Below, piece by piece: positions 25,013-37,721 of a DNA stretch of 64,000 bases. Each line of letters begins with the position of its first letter. The stretch's first letter is position 1. The stretch is from Basidiobolus meristosporus CBS 931.73 (taxonomy: Eukaryota > Fungi > Basidiobolomycota). Location: assembly GCA_002104905.1 (NCBI GenBank), contig MCFE01000499.1:1-64000 (forward strand), in the 5' to 3' direction. The position numbers were made by a program, and so were the translations under genes. The notes beneath the pieces are model-generated. The model saw nothing but the letters and a program-made list of their open reading frames with translations. It did not search any database and had not been told where the DNA came from.

Positions 25013-26349
25013 CGATCATCACTACAATAAACATGAGTTGCACTGGATGTTTCTGCAATGGGTATTGATGCAGATTATGGTGCGATGGATCAGGTAGATA
25101 TGGTGAAATGAATGGGGGTAGATTGATTTCTCAGATCAAGTCTTGGATTCTGAATAGCAGTAATTCATTCTGCATTGCGCAAGAAATTCATTGGACTCTA
25201 CACTGCTCAACTATGAAATGGTCACTCAGCTAACGCTTCTAGCATAGTAACACTTGGCGCATCCTGGAGCCTGGTCTTCCAGAATAGCGCTTTTCCAGGT
25301 TGGTGGGGAGGGTGCTCAGTTGAACTCGTACTACCGGATCTATCCTCCAGCCACAAAATCCAAGCGGAACCTCTGCACAACCAATGTCTTCCCCTCTCCA
25401 AACCCTCCATGGGCACGTCTGTAGAACGGGGGTTGCTGGGATCATGTAGAACAGCGGATTCTCCAGTAGAAAAGCCACAATATTTATAGAGGAATGCTAC
25501 AAGCACGCCGTAAAATCCAGCTACTAGGGCACCGCGGTACCCTATCAAACCAACGGATAGGCAGGAAAGCGTGGTAGGAAAGTACATTCTACACGCAGTC
25601 ATGAAACCTCCCATGAAAATGGCATCCAAAGCGGTCTTGATGACCAAATGTGTTTCAAATCTGTTCATTCGAGCTTACTATACAGAACAAGTGTCTGACT
25701 GATATCTTTGGCATGCACAAGAGTCAACTTCATACATCAGCATGCGTCACAGCATTATTGATTAGGGAATACTAGATCGCCACCTCCGATGCCAGGGTAC
25801 CCACCCATGCCTAAGATCCCATTCCCAACACCAGGTCTCCGTGCAGGCTCAGCGAAGACGCCGGCTTGGTGTGGCTAGAAATCACCAATTGAGCAGTAGG
25901 ACAAGATTATGATGGATCCAACCGACCTTCCATACGTGCTATCCCCGAGGACCCTTCGTGTGCCAACTGCTCTCCAAGCGTGAACTTGGCTGCTCAGGTG
26001 TGTGCTTGATTTGGATCAATGTGCCGCCCAAATCCTGAAAGCAGCACGTTAGACTGATCTAATAAAATGTTTGGCTCATAGGTTGTGACCCACTGCACCC
26101 ACAATATATGTATTGCCATGTGGAATTATTTCTAGAAAGATTGCTTCCATTATAGATCAATAAGTTCTTAAAATAGCAGGGTCAGGTGATTCTCCGGTGG
26201 ATATGACGTTGCTGCTGAGTCAAATGGGTCCATGTAAATTTGATTGAATCTGGAACTCTACTCCGAAGCTATAAATTTCAAAGCCACCTGCCGTCCATCA
26301 AGCATTTATTGTCCCAGTATCTTCTCTGGCCCCTTACTATCCTTCTAAC

Positions 26350-26948
26350 ATGTTGAAAGTAGCGCGCAGTCTCCCGGAGTTTGAATGGGTATACGCTAGT
26401 GGAGGTAGCATCCCTCCAAATGCAGTCCAGGGTGGCTATGAGTCTGATGGAAGGCCTCTGTTCATCGCTCGTTATTTTCACAAGGACGGCCTTCATATCG
26501 GTAAGGCCGCCCCTCACTTGAAGGGCATCAACTTTGGTTATGATGGTAGGCTAGTGACTGGTTGTTATCGCAGCACAAACCCTGGCTAACGTACGTTGTA
26601 GGCAAAGAGCACTGCAAAAAGGAGTATTATGTCCTGTGTGGCCCAGCCAGCAAGCTTCACTGGGTTCAGTGTGAGGGACCCGTGAACCCCACCAATTGGG
26701 TACCTTTGGAAGCGGGTCGGGAGGCCGACGGAAAGGAGGTACGTTTGCCCAACCCAGCATAACCGTGGCCTCACTGTTCGCTAACCAACTCTTTTTGACG
26801 ACAGCTATTCATCGCCAAGATCAAATACGAAGGTGGCGAGCATATCGGAAAGGCCGGCGAGCATCTTCTCGGCATCTGTTTCCCATACGGTGGAAAGGAG
26901 CGGATAGAAGCATCCTATTACGTGCTTGCAATCCAACCCCCACAATAG
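26350..26948 (+). CDS. DM9/DUF3421-repeat protein (two repeats; lectin/natterin N-terminal type); exons 26350-26545, 26602-26738, 26805-26948
   Basis: WVYASGGSIPPNAVQGGYESDGRPLFIARYFHKDGLHIGK...FGYDGKEHCKKEYYVLC...WV...PLEAGREADGKELFIAK...HIGKAG...FPYGGKE...YYVL. Both introns are GT-AG with CTAAC branch points. The start codon is uncertain. Confidence 0.85.
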
Positions 26949-28017
26949 ATTGTACCTTCTCCCCCCAGCTTGTAACTAGTTGTATTTGAGTTTTTGTATT
27001 AGCGCTGGCCAAGAAAATTCCCCTGTCCCACGATTCGAGGAAACATGACGCACTCGAAGGTGCATCTGGTTCCGAATCCATCAAATGTCAAAATAAATCA
27101 TCTCTCCATTCACCAGTGATCCATCCACTCCTATCATGGGAATCCCAAACCAAGAAATCCCCCATCACCGCAGCCCGTAATGAACCATGGATCCATCGCC
27201 AAAAGCATCCATTGCCATTGTTGTCCATCTCCATCTCCAGCTTCAGTGCGCAGCGATGATCTGCCTGCGAATCGGTGGTTTTGATGCGTGGTGTGGAGAT
27301 AGACTATACATATCCAGAGAAGCATATCAGCAAACAGCGAACCTTCCAACTCGACGGGATCCCTCGGTGGTCAAAAAGGAAAATCAGGCTCTCGGCCATT
27401 TTAGGCGAATCCGGGCAATTCGGCTCAAGCTGCTCGGGACCGACGAGAAATCCCTGACGAGTCTTCTGGCCATCTGTGAGGCAGGGCAGAACCCTAATGT
27501 GAATTGTTCCACCATGTATCCGTATCTTATCACTGGCGCCATCATACATACAGAGCATCGCCTCCTTCTAAAGATGCCTCCGACCAACCATCTGCACGGA
27601 AAAGGGTTTTGGGCATGAATGGCGTTGGTGGTTTCTCCGCAAATCGCAGTCGATGTTACTCTGCTACGGGCTTTCATTCTCGGCCAAGCCTATCGTCAAC
27701 GTCATGTCCATGTTCGCAATGATTTTATTAATAACCAATAACCTAGGGTAAGTTATACAACTACGACATCTGATCAAAAACGAAATCATATTCACGAAGT
27801 GGGAAGTGCATGCTGCTCACAGTCAAGTGGGTGGAGGTCAGCACAAAACGTCATGTTTGTTGGATGTGAGGGAGCTTCTTGGTCTATAACACCTCCTTGT
27901 TTGGCTTTGTGGAATAAGGATATTTTTTAGATGATAGATTGGATCTATTTTGTCGGGCTCGAACCAAGAATAATCCAGTTTTATGATTGAGTGGTATATC
28001 CGCCAGGCCTTCCCGGG

Positions 28018-30506
28018 TCATGGCGATGGTGAGTGAGTTCGCTTGTCGCCGACGAATCCTTCCTTCCTGACATCCGCCATAAACCGCCCGATCATCTGTA
28101 GGTCTACTTCCTGGTCGCTTTCGATGGCCTTGATGAGTGATCCAAGCAATGTGTCGACTTCGGTGACAGGGACACCGCAACAAGCAGCGATCAACTTTTT
28201 GCATTGTTGCTCTTTCTCCGTGGATCGATGCCGCATCTCGTCTACCTCGTGTCTCAGCTCGGCGTCATTCTTGGCGTAGGCCGCGAGTCGAGAACGGAGA
28301 TGGCCGATCTCTCGTTCAAGTTGCTGCTCATAGCTGAGTCCACTCTCTGCCTGGTGAATACGGTCGCGAACATTGCTTGGTGTCTCCGGGGTCCGAGGGA
28401 AGTTGAATTGTGCAGGGACGGGTTCGATCTTTGGTTTGAGCTCGTTGATGTTGGCGAGTTGCTTTTTCAGTGGCTGGATTCTCTCTGCCTCTTTGTGGAT
28501 GGCCTTTTCCAGATAGGTCATTTTGGACTGGGTTTCCTCGAACTCCTGTACCTGGTGCTGTAGTTGGTCGATCTTTTTCCTGGCCTCGCTCAACTCCTTG
28601 GTTGCGGTCTGGAGTTGCTTTTTCGCATCAATCAGCTCCTGCTTTTTCGAGTTGATCTCGGTTGTGAACGCCGTCTCCAGCTCGGTAACCATTTTCTGCA
28701 CCACTAAGGGAGAACTTCGTGTTAGCTGTAGGCAACATACAAGCGCCACCGAAATCTACCAACCATTCACTAGCTCAGAGCCTGGTCTTGAAGGAGTAAA
28801 CACATCTAAGGCGTTGTTAGATGTTGACTGTTGCATGATCCCAGAGTGATCGCCCTAATAAAAACATTATTCAAGCCATTTAGACTGTGCAACGAACTGG
28901 CGAGTCTGATGGTGGTTACCTGAGCGGTGTCAAGGATTCCGAAGTCCCGCGGCTTAACTCCAGCACGGTTGGGAATATCTGGACTAGCCCCAGCCTTTAG
29001 CAGCTGCCTAATGAGACTCTGGGTGCCCAGCCGGGCGGCGATGTTAAGAGGGGTATCACCTTTCCGGTCTTGAACATCGATGAGATTCGCAACCTGAAGC
29101 TTGTTCTTCGCCATCCATTCGAGTAGCGTTTCCATGTAGTACTTGGTTGCTTCAACTCGTCCTTTGATCGAGGCGGTCAGAGCGATATGGTGAAAAACGG
29201 TGCGATGCTTGTGATCTACCAAGGCGAAGGTGTCCTTAAAGTAGCGTAGGAGCTCAGGGAACGTCTGCCGATCGTAATTGTTAGTCACCAGCACCGCCCT
29301 AATCAGTCCCGTCTCTCCAGAGTGGTTGGTGCGCAATGGGTTGGCACCCATTTGGAAGAGCCGTTCAAGAATCGGGATTTGTCCGAGCGCCGCCGCCCAA
29401 TGAAGAGCTGAATGTCCATGCTCATCAATCACCATATCAACATCGAAGTTGGGAGGCGGGGAAGCGTCCGTTAGAATGGATGGTAACTCCAATGCGTTGC
29501 CGCCCATGAACACCCCCATCAACGCCTTACGATACCGCTCTGCATCACTGTTGTAGTTAGTGTCAATGCCATGAATACCAGCGTCGGGAAGAGAGGAGGA
29601 TGGAATGTCATCGACGGTTGGGGAGTTTACCAAAGGAGAACCAACATTTGATACATATTTGTGTCGTTTCTTAGGGAGATCGTGATTTCTGATGTTTGAT
29701 GGGGTTGATAATGGCGAATCCTCCAGTGGTTGGAGGGAGGGAAGCGGGGACGGAGTGGGGGAGATGCGGCTGACGGAACGGGAGCTGGACTGCGCTCTCG
29801 AGCGCTTGATAACGGGGCTTGGTGTTGGTGGAATCGGGGAATTCCTTTTCTTCTTCTGCACATTACCAATATTCCCCATAGTTGCTTTATTCGCTGCTAA
29901 AGCCTGCTCCCTTGCTTGTTCCTTGGTAGGGGTTCGGTCTTTGGAGCCGTTTGCGGTGGGGTTGTAATATAACAGTGGATGAAGCAGTGGCTCAACCTCA
30001 TATTGCTCAGCCAACTCTAGACCACGCTCAAAAGGGATCCTGGAGGAGAAGAACAAGAAACGATTTTAACAAAGAATAGGAAGATTGAAGAAAGGGGCAG
30101 AAGATTTTCTCGATAAACAAGCCAGACAATGTAAAGAGAGAGTGGTGACAGCGAGAAACTCCCGTGGGGTCAAGGGGATTCTCTCCTCGACCTGAAAGCA
30201 AAGGTGCATCTATCCAGAGTGCTAACCCACACAACCACAAATAAGTGCGAAAACCGCTTTGTATGCTTACCAAGTTCCTTGATATTTACCATATCCACCT
30301 TGAACTTTCTCGTGTTCCCCATTCAGCACTTCGCGTTCGAGGATTTTCGTTCGCTTCCCTTTGTCGATGCCGGCAACCTTCAGGATTTGGGTGGCGTTCA
30401 GATAGGAATCGCTGCGACGGCGCATAACTGCTATGCCGCGGCAAATCATTTCATAGACCGATACTCCGGAATAAACTGCGGAGTAAATGTTGGAGGAGGT
30501 GGACAT
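28018..30506 (-). CDS. APSES/KilA-N + ankyrin-repeat G1/S transcription factor (Mbp1/Swi4/Res1-Res2 family); exons 30506-30271, 30039-28920, then a short exon from 28854 and a last exon ending at 28018
   Basis: [14 protein letters not shown]...[20 protein letters not shown]...[14 protein letters not shown]|IPFERG; ankyrin repeats [12 protein letters not shown] and [12 protein letters not shown]; C-terminal coiled coil. Splice sites are canonical. Confidence 0.95.
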
Positions 30507-33168
30507 TGTTCCACGAAATACTCTTTATATATATGGTATGCTTGTGCCAGTGTGTTCTATATGTTTATTGGTTTTGTTGGAGGCAAAACTGAGAAGATGA
30601 AGGAGAAGAAAACGTAGCGGGGGAGGTCAAGAGGAAAGACCAGGTATAGGGTTCGAAAAATATCCGGAAACCCCGTGAGGTGAACAGAAAAAGATAAAAA
30701 AATCGGGAACAAAATACCAATGCACCAGGAAACTAGAGTAGCCAGCTCGCATCAAATAAAGCAGGGACTAGGCGCGTTGTCTGGGGGGATCGATAGGAGG
30801 ATGGGTCATCATCGTCAAACAATTCTTCGATTTCTTGTTTATCCAAGTTTAGCACACCACATCATCTAAGCTGCCAAATAGCACACATTGCAAGAAAGCT
30901 GATCAAAATCCACGAAGGCGATGTTAAGTGGTGCGCAATTGGGGACTAAACCATCGGGCTCCAGTTGCCCATGACATTCCTGGAAGCACAGATGGATCCG
31001 GGGCTGGATATTTTTTTCATCTTTCGTGGTGGCTCCTGGTGGGATTGAGCCACACCTGATCCCATTCCTTCATACTTGCATTGTAAACAATGTCAAAAAG
31101 AGTATCTGCAACGGAGCGGGCCAATTGGGGCCCTTGGAGCGGTGGGATCAGTGGGCGTGCTGGGCTGCCTGATTGGCTGCGGCTGGCAACGGCTGATCGG
31201 AATGGAAAAATGCGCAGCTCGTGACTGTTCTTTCTGGATGTGCTACATGCTAATGTTGGTGGTTGATACACACACGCATCCAGAAACATGATGTATGCTA
31301 AGCAGGTGAGTGTTGTCATGGATGACCACGTCGCAATGGATCATGTGTGGATGCGACCCCATTGAGACTGGATTGATGCTGTCTCAAGGGTGGATATTGC
31401 CAACTGCACCTACCGCGCTCTTCGGATCCAATCTATATATGAACGATCGACTGAGGAACTAATGAACTGCAGGGACTGGGATCTGATGGGCATCCTCCCA
31501 TCGGCAGCGGTGCTTCATCGACGTCGCGGGACATCGCCTTTCGATGTTGCCATATGGAATTCCCCTCACGTATCGTCGCTACACCAAACCGCCTTTGTCT
31601 GCACACTTATGGGGTGTGAATTCGATGATCTATTGCTGGTGCGATTTGTGTGGGAATTGGTGAGGATTCAATCGAGGGGTCAATTTTTCGGTGCAGATGT
31701 CGATGTTTTTGGCCGGTCGAAGGTTCTAGAACGTGAGTTAACAATCAAAGTCTCTACACTATTGCGGGATGCTGGTCGTTTCACGCGCATGGCAAACGTG
31801 AGGATGGGCCTTTACCTTTGAGTCGACTGGCAGACCTATGACCACTTCAGCTGTGGGTTATGTTTCATATCCGTGGCATTTTTATATGGGCTAACCCCCC
31901 TTGTCTAGCACATGACATTGAGGCTTGGTTCTATGCCTAGAATTCCAATTGCTATCGACGTACTCTGATGCTTTTTTTCAAGTTCATGGGACATCTGATC
32001 ACTAGGGGGAGCACAGAAGGTGCCATGCTCTGTGTATTTTTATTTTCAATAAGAAATTGGGGAGGACTGGCATGTGAAACTACAACAATTAACATCTCTT
32101 GGATACGTGGATATTTCCTTAAACTTGATTGTTGAATCAGTATACTCTTACTTCACTATATAAGGAGGTGTGCACTACAGCAGAGGCTTGAATTGGTACG
32201 CCAGTCAGCCACCTACCCTGTGCTTTGCGCCCTCAATTCGCTTGATGAGGTATGGCTGGTAGATGGAACTATTCCTCCAAAATACATTGATGCCTCATCA
32301 GATAGAGTTACGTCCTCATGGCATTCATACTGCTTCAAGTACTTGCACACGCAACCTTTCAGTAGGGCATTAGAGAAGCACAGTATTTTTGGTACTGCTG
32401 GTTACTTGACTGAAGACTAGTGCACCAACATACAACGGTGCTATGAGTCCAAACACAACCCATATTGGATGATATGAGCGAAGCAAGTGGAAATGGAAGC
32501 TTGAAAATATCAGGGAATTGGTAACAAGCCTGGTGTTCGCTTCATGACTCGTTGAGTGAGAATGAAGTGTATATTTTCGGCACAGCCTTGTCGAACTCGG
32601 CATAAAATTAGTAGCATAAGACCAGGGATGAAGAGCGAGGCTTTTGAGCCCCTTCGAGAATTGCTACGCAACATTACCAAATTTCCCTGGAATAAGCCAC
32701 AAATTTCTAATCGATCTCAAATATTCTGGCCAGGCCGGAAATAAGGATGCACGATTAATTAGGTGCAATACCAAACATTTGCAACAGCTAGTGATATGCA
32801 CTACCAATGCCGGCTTCCCTTACAAATCAATGCCATAAGCTAACCAACTTCCCTGCTGCCTGCTTAGACCCATTTCTATGGCATGCGAATACTACCATCA
32901 CACACGAAGATATCAGAGATTGTGTAAAAACAACCTTAATTTTGTACCTTTATATTTAAAATCATCAGTTCTAAACACCCAGCATGGAGGTGATGTCAAA
33001 GTGGTAACAAGAAAACGTAGTACGTGCAACCTGATTCATAATGAACAGAATGTAACTGAATGTGAGGAGTAAGCATTTGCCATGGCATACCGCAGCCTCT
33101 ATCCCTCCAAAAATCTGCTACTTCGGACTGCCATCTATTGGCCGTAAGGAATACATAGTATATCAAGT

Positions 33169-34629
33169 TCAACCGCGACTGGCAAACATCACTCCAGTCC
33201 CTTCTATGCACGAAGCAATCTTGCGAATAGCATTGGCTATGGCTGCTGTACGGTAATCAATGTTGCCAAATTCATTGGCAGTCACCCGGGTCTCTTCACA
33301 AGCCTTGATCATAGTATCTTCCAGTCCGGAGTATACCAACTCATGCTCCTCAGCCCCATGGATCACAACCTGGCGCTCAGACTCACTAAGCTTTCTACCT
33401 GCCTCCGCTTCAACCAAATCAAGCAATTGCTGCTTACCCTGCTCTTCCCATTTCCTGTTCATGCGCCCAAAGCGAACATGAGAGATATTCTTCAACCACT
33501 CGAAGTATGATACACACACTCCCCCAGCGTTCGCCAGCAAATCGGGAACCACCACAACTCCCTTTTGGACAAGGATCTCATGAGCAGCTGGGGTAATAGG
33601 CCCGTTGGCCCCTTCATTGATGACCTTGGCCTTGATATTGTGGACATTCTTCAATCCGATTTGACGTTCAAGGGCGGATGGTATCAGGATATCGCACTCA
33701 ACCTCCAGTGCCTTGGTTGAGCCTGCCATCACTTCCGCATGTGGATAACCCTCGAGAGTTCCATGCTCAGCTTTGTACTCGCCCAATTTCTCGATGTCAA
33801 GGCCATCCACATTGTAAACACAGAACTTACTATCAGCCACTGCAACAACCTTGGCCCCATTGGCGATGAAGAACCTGGCAGCATAGAGCGCAACATTCCC
33901 GAAACCCTGAAGGGAAACCGTTTTTTCTGCGATCTCTCCGGTAAGTCCAGTAACCCGCTGCACCTCCTCAAATTTAAGGAACTCCCTTGTACTGTAGTAC
34001 ACTCCAAGCCCAGTGGCTTCAGTGCGGCCACGAACACCTCCTTGGTTGATAGGCTTGCCAGTGATGCAACCAACGCTGTTGATGTCGGTGGGATTTAATT
34101 GACGGTAGGTATCCATTATCCAGGTCATTTCTCTACCGCCAGTATTCACATCAGGCGCGGGAACATCCACGCCAGGTCCGAGGAAGTTCTTTTGGCATAA
34201 TTCCAAAGCGAAACGGCGGGTGATGCGCTCCAACTCTCCAACAGTGTAGTTTCTTGGGTTAATGGCGACACCACCCTTGGCTCCTCCAAATGGTACGTCC
34301 ACTACTGCACATTTGTAAGTCATCAAGGATGCCAGGGCTTCCACCTCCTGCATGTCAACCTCCTGAGCGTACCGGATTCCTCCCTTGACAGGAAGCTTGT
34401 GGCGAGAATGCTCGGCACGGTATCCACGAACGATCTCGGTTTCCCCATTCTCTCTCTCAATGGGGAATGTGACACTTAGGATGGCGTCTACTCCCCTGAT
34501 GGTGTTCAATACGGATTTCTTGACTCCACTTGCCTTCGCCGCGATATCGAAGAACTCCTCAACACACTGAAGGAAGTTTGGCTCGTGCGCCTCACAGGCC
34601 ACATTCTCGTTTCCGTGATACTTCGACAT
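33169..34629 (-). CDS. GDH: Glu/Leu/Phe/Val-family glutamate dehydrogenase of animal/ciliate (GLUD1-like) type
   Basis: EPNFLQCVEEFF, GYRAEHSRHKLPVKGGIRY, MTYKCAVVDVPFGGAKGG, GPGVDVPAPD, GKPINQGGVRGRTEATG, GFGNV and NAGGVCVSYFEWLKNISHVRFGR; 486-aa ORF with no intron. Confidence 0.95.
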   Translation of the reverse strand: MSKYHGNENVACEAHEPNFLQCVEEFFDIAAKASGVKKSVLNTIRGVDAILSVTFPIERENGETEIVRGYRAEHSRHKLPVKGGIRYAQEVDMQEVEALASLMTYKCAVVDVPFGGAKGGVAINPRNYTVGELERITRRFALELCQKNFLGPGVDVPAPDVNTGGREMTWIMDTYRQLNPTDINSVGCITGKPINQGGVRGRTEATGLGVYYSTREFLKFEEVQRVTGLTGEIAEKTVSLQGFGNVALYAARFFIANGAKVVAVADSKFCVYNVDGLDIEKLGEYKAEHGTLEGYPHAEVMAGSTKALEVECDILIPSALERQIGLKNVHNIKAKVINEGANGPITPAAHEILVQKGVVVVPDLLANAGGVCVSYFEWLKNISHVRFGRMNRKWEEQGKQQLLDLVEAEAGRKLSESERQVVIHGAEEHELVYSGLEDTMIKACEETRVTANEFGNIDYRTAAIANAIRKIASCIEGTGVMFASRG

Positions 34630-36417
34630 CCTAGATTCTGACTAATGGTAAGTGACTCGGGAAGTATTTATAATTCGCCTCACTAGTGCATCCCTGGTGA
34701 TCTATATCGACAGAGATTATCGCATCGATCTACCTGATATTCTCTCACGGCATCTCCCGATTACTGTCGTTCATCTCAGGGATTCTGGGTAGCCAAGACC
34801 ATCAAACGGCCGATGGACCTCGATTCATCTTAAGCTCTACCCTGATGGCCGGCGAGTACAAAACAGCGTTGGCTTATTGATTAAGAAAGGTTGTAGGTAC
34901 TTGGTCGCATCGTGGCCCAACTGGTCAAGTGAAGTCACAGATGTTTAGTCCACCGGGACTCATTCATCTTCAATTTTCGCGTGGGACAAGATGCTCAGAC
35001 AAATCAAGGGCGCCTGAGTCACGGCAAGGCGTCCTATGCGAGCTTACAGGGTTTGGATCCTCCGAATCATCCATAGGCCCTATACCGCAGATCACACCTT
35101 AACGTTCGAGGATTGTATCAAGGGCATGGGGCCCCAACCTTGTCTAGCTAGCGAAGTTGTGATTTCCATGCTCCCACCTAAGGCTCACACCCCCTAATCC
35201 CAGTACACCGCTGACGACACTGCTCTAGAGTAATGATGAGCCATTCTCTCCCGGGGGAATGGTCAGGGTAGTTCGGCCCACTTGTGAGATCCCTCTTCGT
35301 TATATGATGGTGAAAGAGAATTCCGAGGTTGGTTGAACAAGCAAATGGCCATTCCCAATTGCTGGATATCATCAGCCTGGTCAAGTTGGTCCCAATCACC
35401 ACCTATCGGGATCCCGATTGGGGGTAATGTAAGTGACAAGCCATCACATGAGTGCGTGCTGTTAGATCCTTGTTTAGATTACATCGACTTCGCACTACCA
35501 TGATGTTGGAGTAATGATAGGGCAGGCTTCTTGCATATAACGTTGCGTCGAAGTCCAACAATCTCATACTGACTTGCACAGATAGTTCGGGCTTCCGAGG
35601 CGGACTTGCTTATCATTGTAGAGGGAAATCTGTACGACATAGTTTATTTTCCATCTACCAGGTATCCTCGCATTCTGGCCCTTGGCTTGGCAAATACCGG
35701 AGGCTCCTCTTGCTTCAAGGGGCCATTCCCCACCAAATGTACCAGAAACCTTGTTGACAGCGGTGCTAATTGTCTTTAATATTCTGGGTCTCATCAACCC
35801 GAGTGCCAATACTCCAGTTACGGTATTAAACAACATCGACTGTGCAACTCGTTCATTGAGGTTGCTGATTGTCTGACTTTGATGAAATCCATATCAACAA
35901 GTGCAATATTTGACTTGTTCCCAGTGACCATTTGTATTCTTGGGTGATGTTTTCCCCGATATGAACTGGGCACCTGTGCCATACTTATCCAGTTTATTAG
36001 ACTTGTTCTATGGAATACAACTACATTGTGCCAAATTGGTCTGGTATGGTATGTATGAATCTACTGATATTATAATAAGAATCTGGGCAATCTTTCCTAC
36101 TCTTCTGCCTTCTTTTATTTATGACTTCTCTGTATATCTTCTCTACTAAATGCTAAATCTTTTGACATAAATGAGCAGCAATAAAGCTTTGCGAGCAAAT
36201 CTACAGAACTCTGAGCCAAAACCTTCACTTGCTAATAGGTAAGAGTGGCTCTTATGACTGCAGAGTGACCTCAGGCATCTAGGTGGTCCATTGATGTCTG
36301 TACTAGTCAAATCCCTTAACTATTGCAAGAGCCTCTATGCCAAGAACTCTTGGAGAAATAGATACACCATGCTTGCAAAAAGAAAATGTGTAATAAATGC
36401 TATAAGCATGGGCTCAC

Positions 36418-37721
36418 TGTTGTAAAGATTTGTAATTCCACCTAAATATTCACCTAGTTCAAGATGTACAATCTAGGAAAACTCAGTTACTATTTAGGGA
36501 TAAAGTTCTCCACAGACAGAAGTACCCAGACTATAACCCTAAGCCAATTCAAGTATATTCAAGATATACAAAAGAAGTACCAAATGGAAGACTGTAAACT
36601 GGCAGCTACCTCCATGGAGACAAACCTCAACTTGGTCAAAACTCGACCAAATCAAGAGAGCTTGGTGCCATCTGAAAGCTCTGACTTTCCTTATCAATGT
36701 ATAGTCAGCAGTCTGATGTATATTACGCTCGGAACATGTCTAGATATCTCATATTCAGTGGGAGTTGTCAGCCAGCATAATCAGAACTATGGATCTGATC
36801 ATACTGCAGCAGTTAAGTGGATTTTTAGATACCTAAAAGGAACTGCTGATATCTGCTTAAGATACACCTATAAGGATTCAGAACAGGATCTTGTGGGTTA
36901 CTTGGATGCTGATTGCGGACAAAACTTAGAAGATAGAAGATCCACCACAGGATACACCTTCTTTACTGTAAAGGAGCAATTTCATGGAATTCAAGTCAGC
37001 AACCAACCATAGCACTCTCCACCACAGAGGCAGAGTATATGGCAGCCTGTGAGGCTACAAAAGAAGTAATGTGGCTAAGAAAGTTCTTACAGATTTAGGC
37101 CTATGTCAAAAAGCACCTATTAATTTATTTCAAGATAATCAAGCAAGTGTACAAATTAGGTAGAAATCCAACCTATTGTGCTAGAACTAAGCACATAGAT
37201 ATTAGACATCATTTCATATGTGAAGCTATAGAGAGTAACTTAGCTAGCTTAGTTTACTGTCCTACAGATGAAATGATTGCAGACATATTTACCAAACCAT
37301 TAGCTAGTGTCAAATTTAATTATCTTAGGTCAAAATTAGGACTAGTCAGTATGAGCATTTAGCTGAGTGGGAGTGTTGTAAAATTTGTGATTCCACCTAA
37401 GTACTCACCTAACATAGTCACTTATGTCATTATCTTCAAATCCTAGGGAATACTGACCAAATTCCTTGTTGGGACTTACTTGGAACATTTTCATCAAAAT
37501 ATCAGGTACCCAGAACATGCAAATTCTCAAAGTTGTTCAAACGGCCCCAAGCTTTGCACACATGCTCTTAGGACTTTCCTTAGCTTATTCTATGTGTTTG
37601 TAATGCCAAGACCATGTAAAAGTATATTACTACTTTTACATTCAATAAATCATTGAGTGAAAACCACTTTATCTACTTGTCCTCCCAAATCACTTCCAAT
37701 ATCTCCAAGACTCTTATAGCA
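36418..37721 (+). mobile_element. Internally deleted Ty1/copia element (first ~40 bp of the 5' LTR fused to RT C-terminus and RNase H, then PPT and 3' LTR-A at 37374-37721)
   Basis: TSD CTCAC at 36413-36417 and 37722-37726. ORFs give LSYYLGIKF, YITLGTCLDISYSVG, LVGYLDAD...DRRSTTGY and RTKHIDIRHHFI. Confidence 0.9.

Noticed and set aside
25222-25900. Minus-strand membrane-like ORF and a Gly/Pro segment resembling PI31 (YPGIGGGDL, RIDPV)
   Set aside because: The motifs are low-complexity and in different frames; I could not build a gene model or confirm the family without a search.
27187-27722. 143-aa plus-strand ORF and overlapping ORFs
   Set aside because: No recognisable domain or splice structure, and ORFs on both strands are equally unconvincing.
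31017-32838. Several 60-143 aa ORFs between the SBF and GDH genes
   Set aside because: No family motifs; consistent with chance ORFs in promoter/UTR sequence.
35564-36149. Broken minus-strand reading frame (TGVLALG...TFGGEW) resembling an aspartic protease
   Set aside because: No DTG/DSG catalytic motif was found, so the similarity is too weak to call.
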